Below are positions 63,801 to 64,000 of a stretch of DNA of 64,000 nucleotides, in pieces. The notes beneath the pieces are model-generated. The model was given only the letters and a program-made list of their open reading frames with translations. It was not told the origin of the DNA and made no database searches. The DNA lies in assembly GCA_042576705.1 (NCBI GenBank), contig JBHPEY010000005.1, forward strand, positions 1,786-65,785, read 5' to 3'. The DNA is from Nanobdellota archaeon. Lineage in GTDB: Archaea; Nanobdellota; Nanobdellia; Woesearchaeales; UBA11576. The translations under genes and the position numbers were made by a program. The number at the start of each line of letters is the position of its first letter. The stretch's first letter is position 1.

Positions 63801-63991
63801 TCTTCACCTGCAATGCTTGCTGAAACATTCAGAATAGTGACATCGTTAGTGCTTCTCCTGAAGCTCGGTATATTGTCCATGCCGTAGGCGTTCGCATTCA
63901 TATCTGCGAAAACCCCTGCAGAATGCAGGACAGGCATGATCAAGAGATAAATCAAGAACATACAGATGTAGTGTGAACCTCTTTTTAGCAT
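60800..63991 (-). CDS. 1063-aa protein: signal peptide, Ig-like repeat ectodomain, and a ~330-aa C-terminal polytopic Cys-containing membrane domain
   Basis: MLKRGSHYICMFLIYLLIMPVLHSAGVFA. Ig-like boundaries DGDTPNIHSF, DDTQPEIVSI, DPEPPEIISV, with VIDRAGNRD. The C-terminus has several hydrophobic helices (IIEMLVIAMQVIKAVAAGLLAWWW, NPFILAITIPASYAASGIYIRLF, VAWAFVCIPGILY, LASLVILGCPYLFLPVL, VACGGILSAGIWL). Confidence 0.7.
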   Translation of the reverse strand: MLKRGSHYICMFLIYLLIMPVLHSAGVFADMNANAYGMDNIPSFRRSTNDVTILNVSASIAGEEVTPLQIRLIGDPSRVFQCSQGNISETVFCTTNIAGDIPPGPRQYGLQLYRQDGSPEGPQLVVPIMVDGDTPNIHSFYVTRNESNISVTYSASDTACSSCAQDTCAGISRVAFLIDYVTVGEVLPEGTECLLVENWTTLDVPQAPGTTQERNVCMEIFDRLGQRTQECKNVTMDFSLPTLLGASVWVGNRLLKYSQGDPISNVRIQVNISEDEGLNISTIVADFSGLNYRPEFADAYKNVQMSDPIFQGGCHNISTGLYGCNWTGILAIIPDDFIPEVRIIAEDINGNKMNSSVILPVIYDDTQPEIVSIRSGIADDNARYWVGAGNNSIYVDIIENESGFSDRKLFLDFSSFGEQTYAEGHTNLFPNNCTEGWMCNFNNIVVDPTKTVGDILSLFVTAGSTDNARNMIRGVTSAGFYYDPEPPEIISVVNSSICPTALDEISIAMNVSEHLSGGVKVEVSASRLSTNNFPMEFDCEESDVSGVWLCDFEIDNLVTIYTDDVINITVIDRAGNRDTTSVTQEVCESTPGTPPNVVSVMTSAQLPSNGLDRKIASGFPHPFFYTAVFLTSAGQIQDMKMGSCTAENASIIGTDIVSLVPFTSALIGTKIQLAGIEDALTVNELVVTCDFSFIIRSGTKVYELPEEDTVTFGIPLYNFPLGYVDQAIFDKIEDIDEEIDGLESTIDALDIVNKIFGTFCTLGQIIEMLVIAMQVIKAVAAGLLAWWWPSAYQAICMGLDQASNSAMLWAYNPFILAITIPASYAASGIYIRLFCAYYTCELIDSANFIESITYTGAARGNSYRYNFDDENIEPERNAAVHIPFASAFSEFNYDPYRSVDVAWAFVCIPGILYNYKKSRQLKCLYRKCILDRAAAGFSTDVCDELHKIRECIYIESAPIKAIGWGKYFLWIQALSELFFRSAVEFGSLASLVILGCPYLFLPVLDPISARCYPGAQPMGVACGGILSAGIWLEMGKMADLMLDPLDLNRYSRDLEDPDFCSTE

Positions 63992-64000
63992 GGTCTCATG

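Noticed and set aside
1-64000. Search by eye for CRISPR arrays, rRNA genes, transposases/integrases, toxin-antitoxin pairs and prophage modules
   Set aside because: I found no regularly spaced direct repeats, no rRNA-like conserved stretches, and no DDE, tyrosine-recombinase or Cas motifs in any listed ORF. The only RNA gene recognised is the tRNA at 41854-42028.

Overview
Archaeal chromosomal window. Evidence: Orc1/Cdc6, PolD DP1 and DP2, aIF2-beta, RNase P p30, an RPA-like OB-fold protein, BRE/TATA-like boxes about 25-90 nt upstream of starts, and a tRNA with bulge-helix-bulge introns. Compact housekeeping genes alongside many giant secreted proteins suggest a DPANN-like, surface- or host-associated lineage (inference). 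Layout: (i) 1-23.8 kb is a minus-strand array of huge Cys-rich / Ig-like-repeat secreted proteins (2399, 577, 1307, 534, 460, 535 and 1153 aa, plus one truncated at the left edge). It includes three tandem paralogs with mosaic, partly identical 3' ends. (ii) 23.9-32.4 kb looks more AT-rich by eye. It holds an A24-type peptidase-like membrane protein, two HxsD-like proteins, an HxsB-like radical SAM/SPASM enzyme, and a convergent His/Cys-rich membrane-anchored protein with 7 of 17 His in His-Xaa-Asn triplets. Two more radical SAM genes follow. (iii) 32.4-37.9 kb holds RNase P p30, DUF218, a degenerate ThiI, an HTH-regulator/IscS/IscU operon and a HemN-like radical SAM. (iv) 38-41.4 kb is a modular multi-pass surface protein. 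(v) 41.85-49.5 kb is the replication locus: a two-intron tRNA-Trp, a candidate oriC (A/T-only DUE flanked by inverted ORB-like boxes), orc1/cdc6, DP1, a HAD phosphatase, and DP2 with its terminal Zn finger in another frame. (vi) 49.6-53.3 kb is a 1211-aa M23 peptidase + lytic transglycosylase fusion, a peptidoglycan hydrolase in an archaeon. (vii) 53.3-57 kb holds DUF424, aIF2-beta, SpoIIM-like, RPA-like and a membrane protein. (viii) 57-64 kb is a four-gene translationally coupled envelope operon of unknown function. No rRNA, CRISPR array, transposase or integrase was recognised. All calls rest on motif reading by eye; no database search was run.
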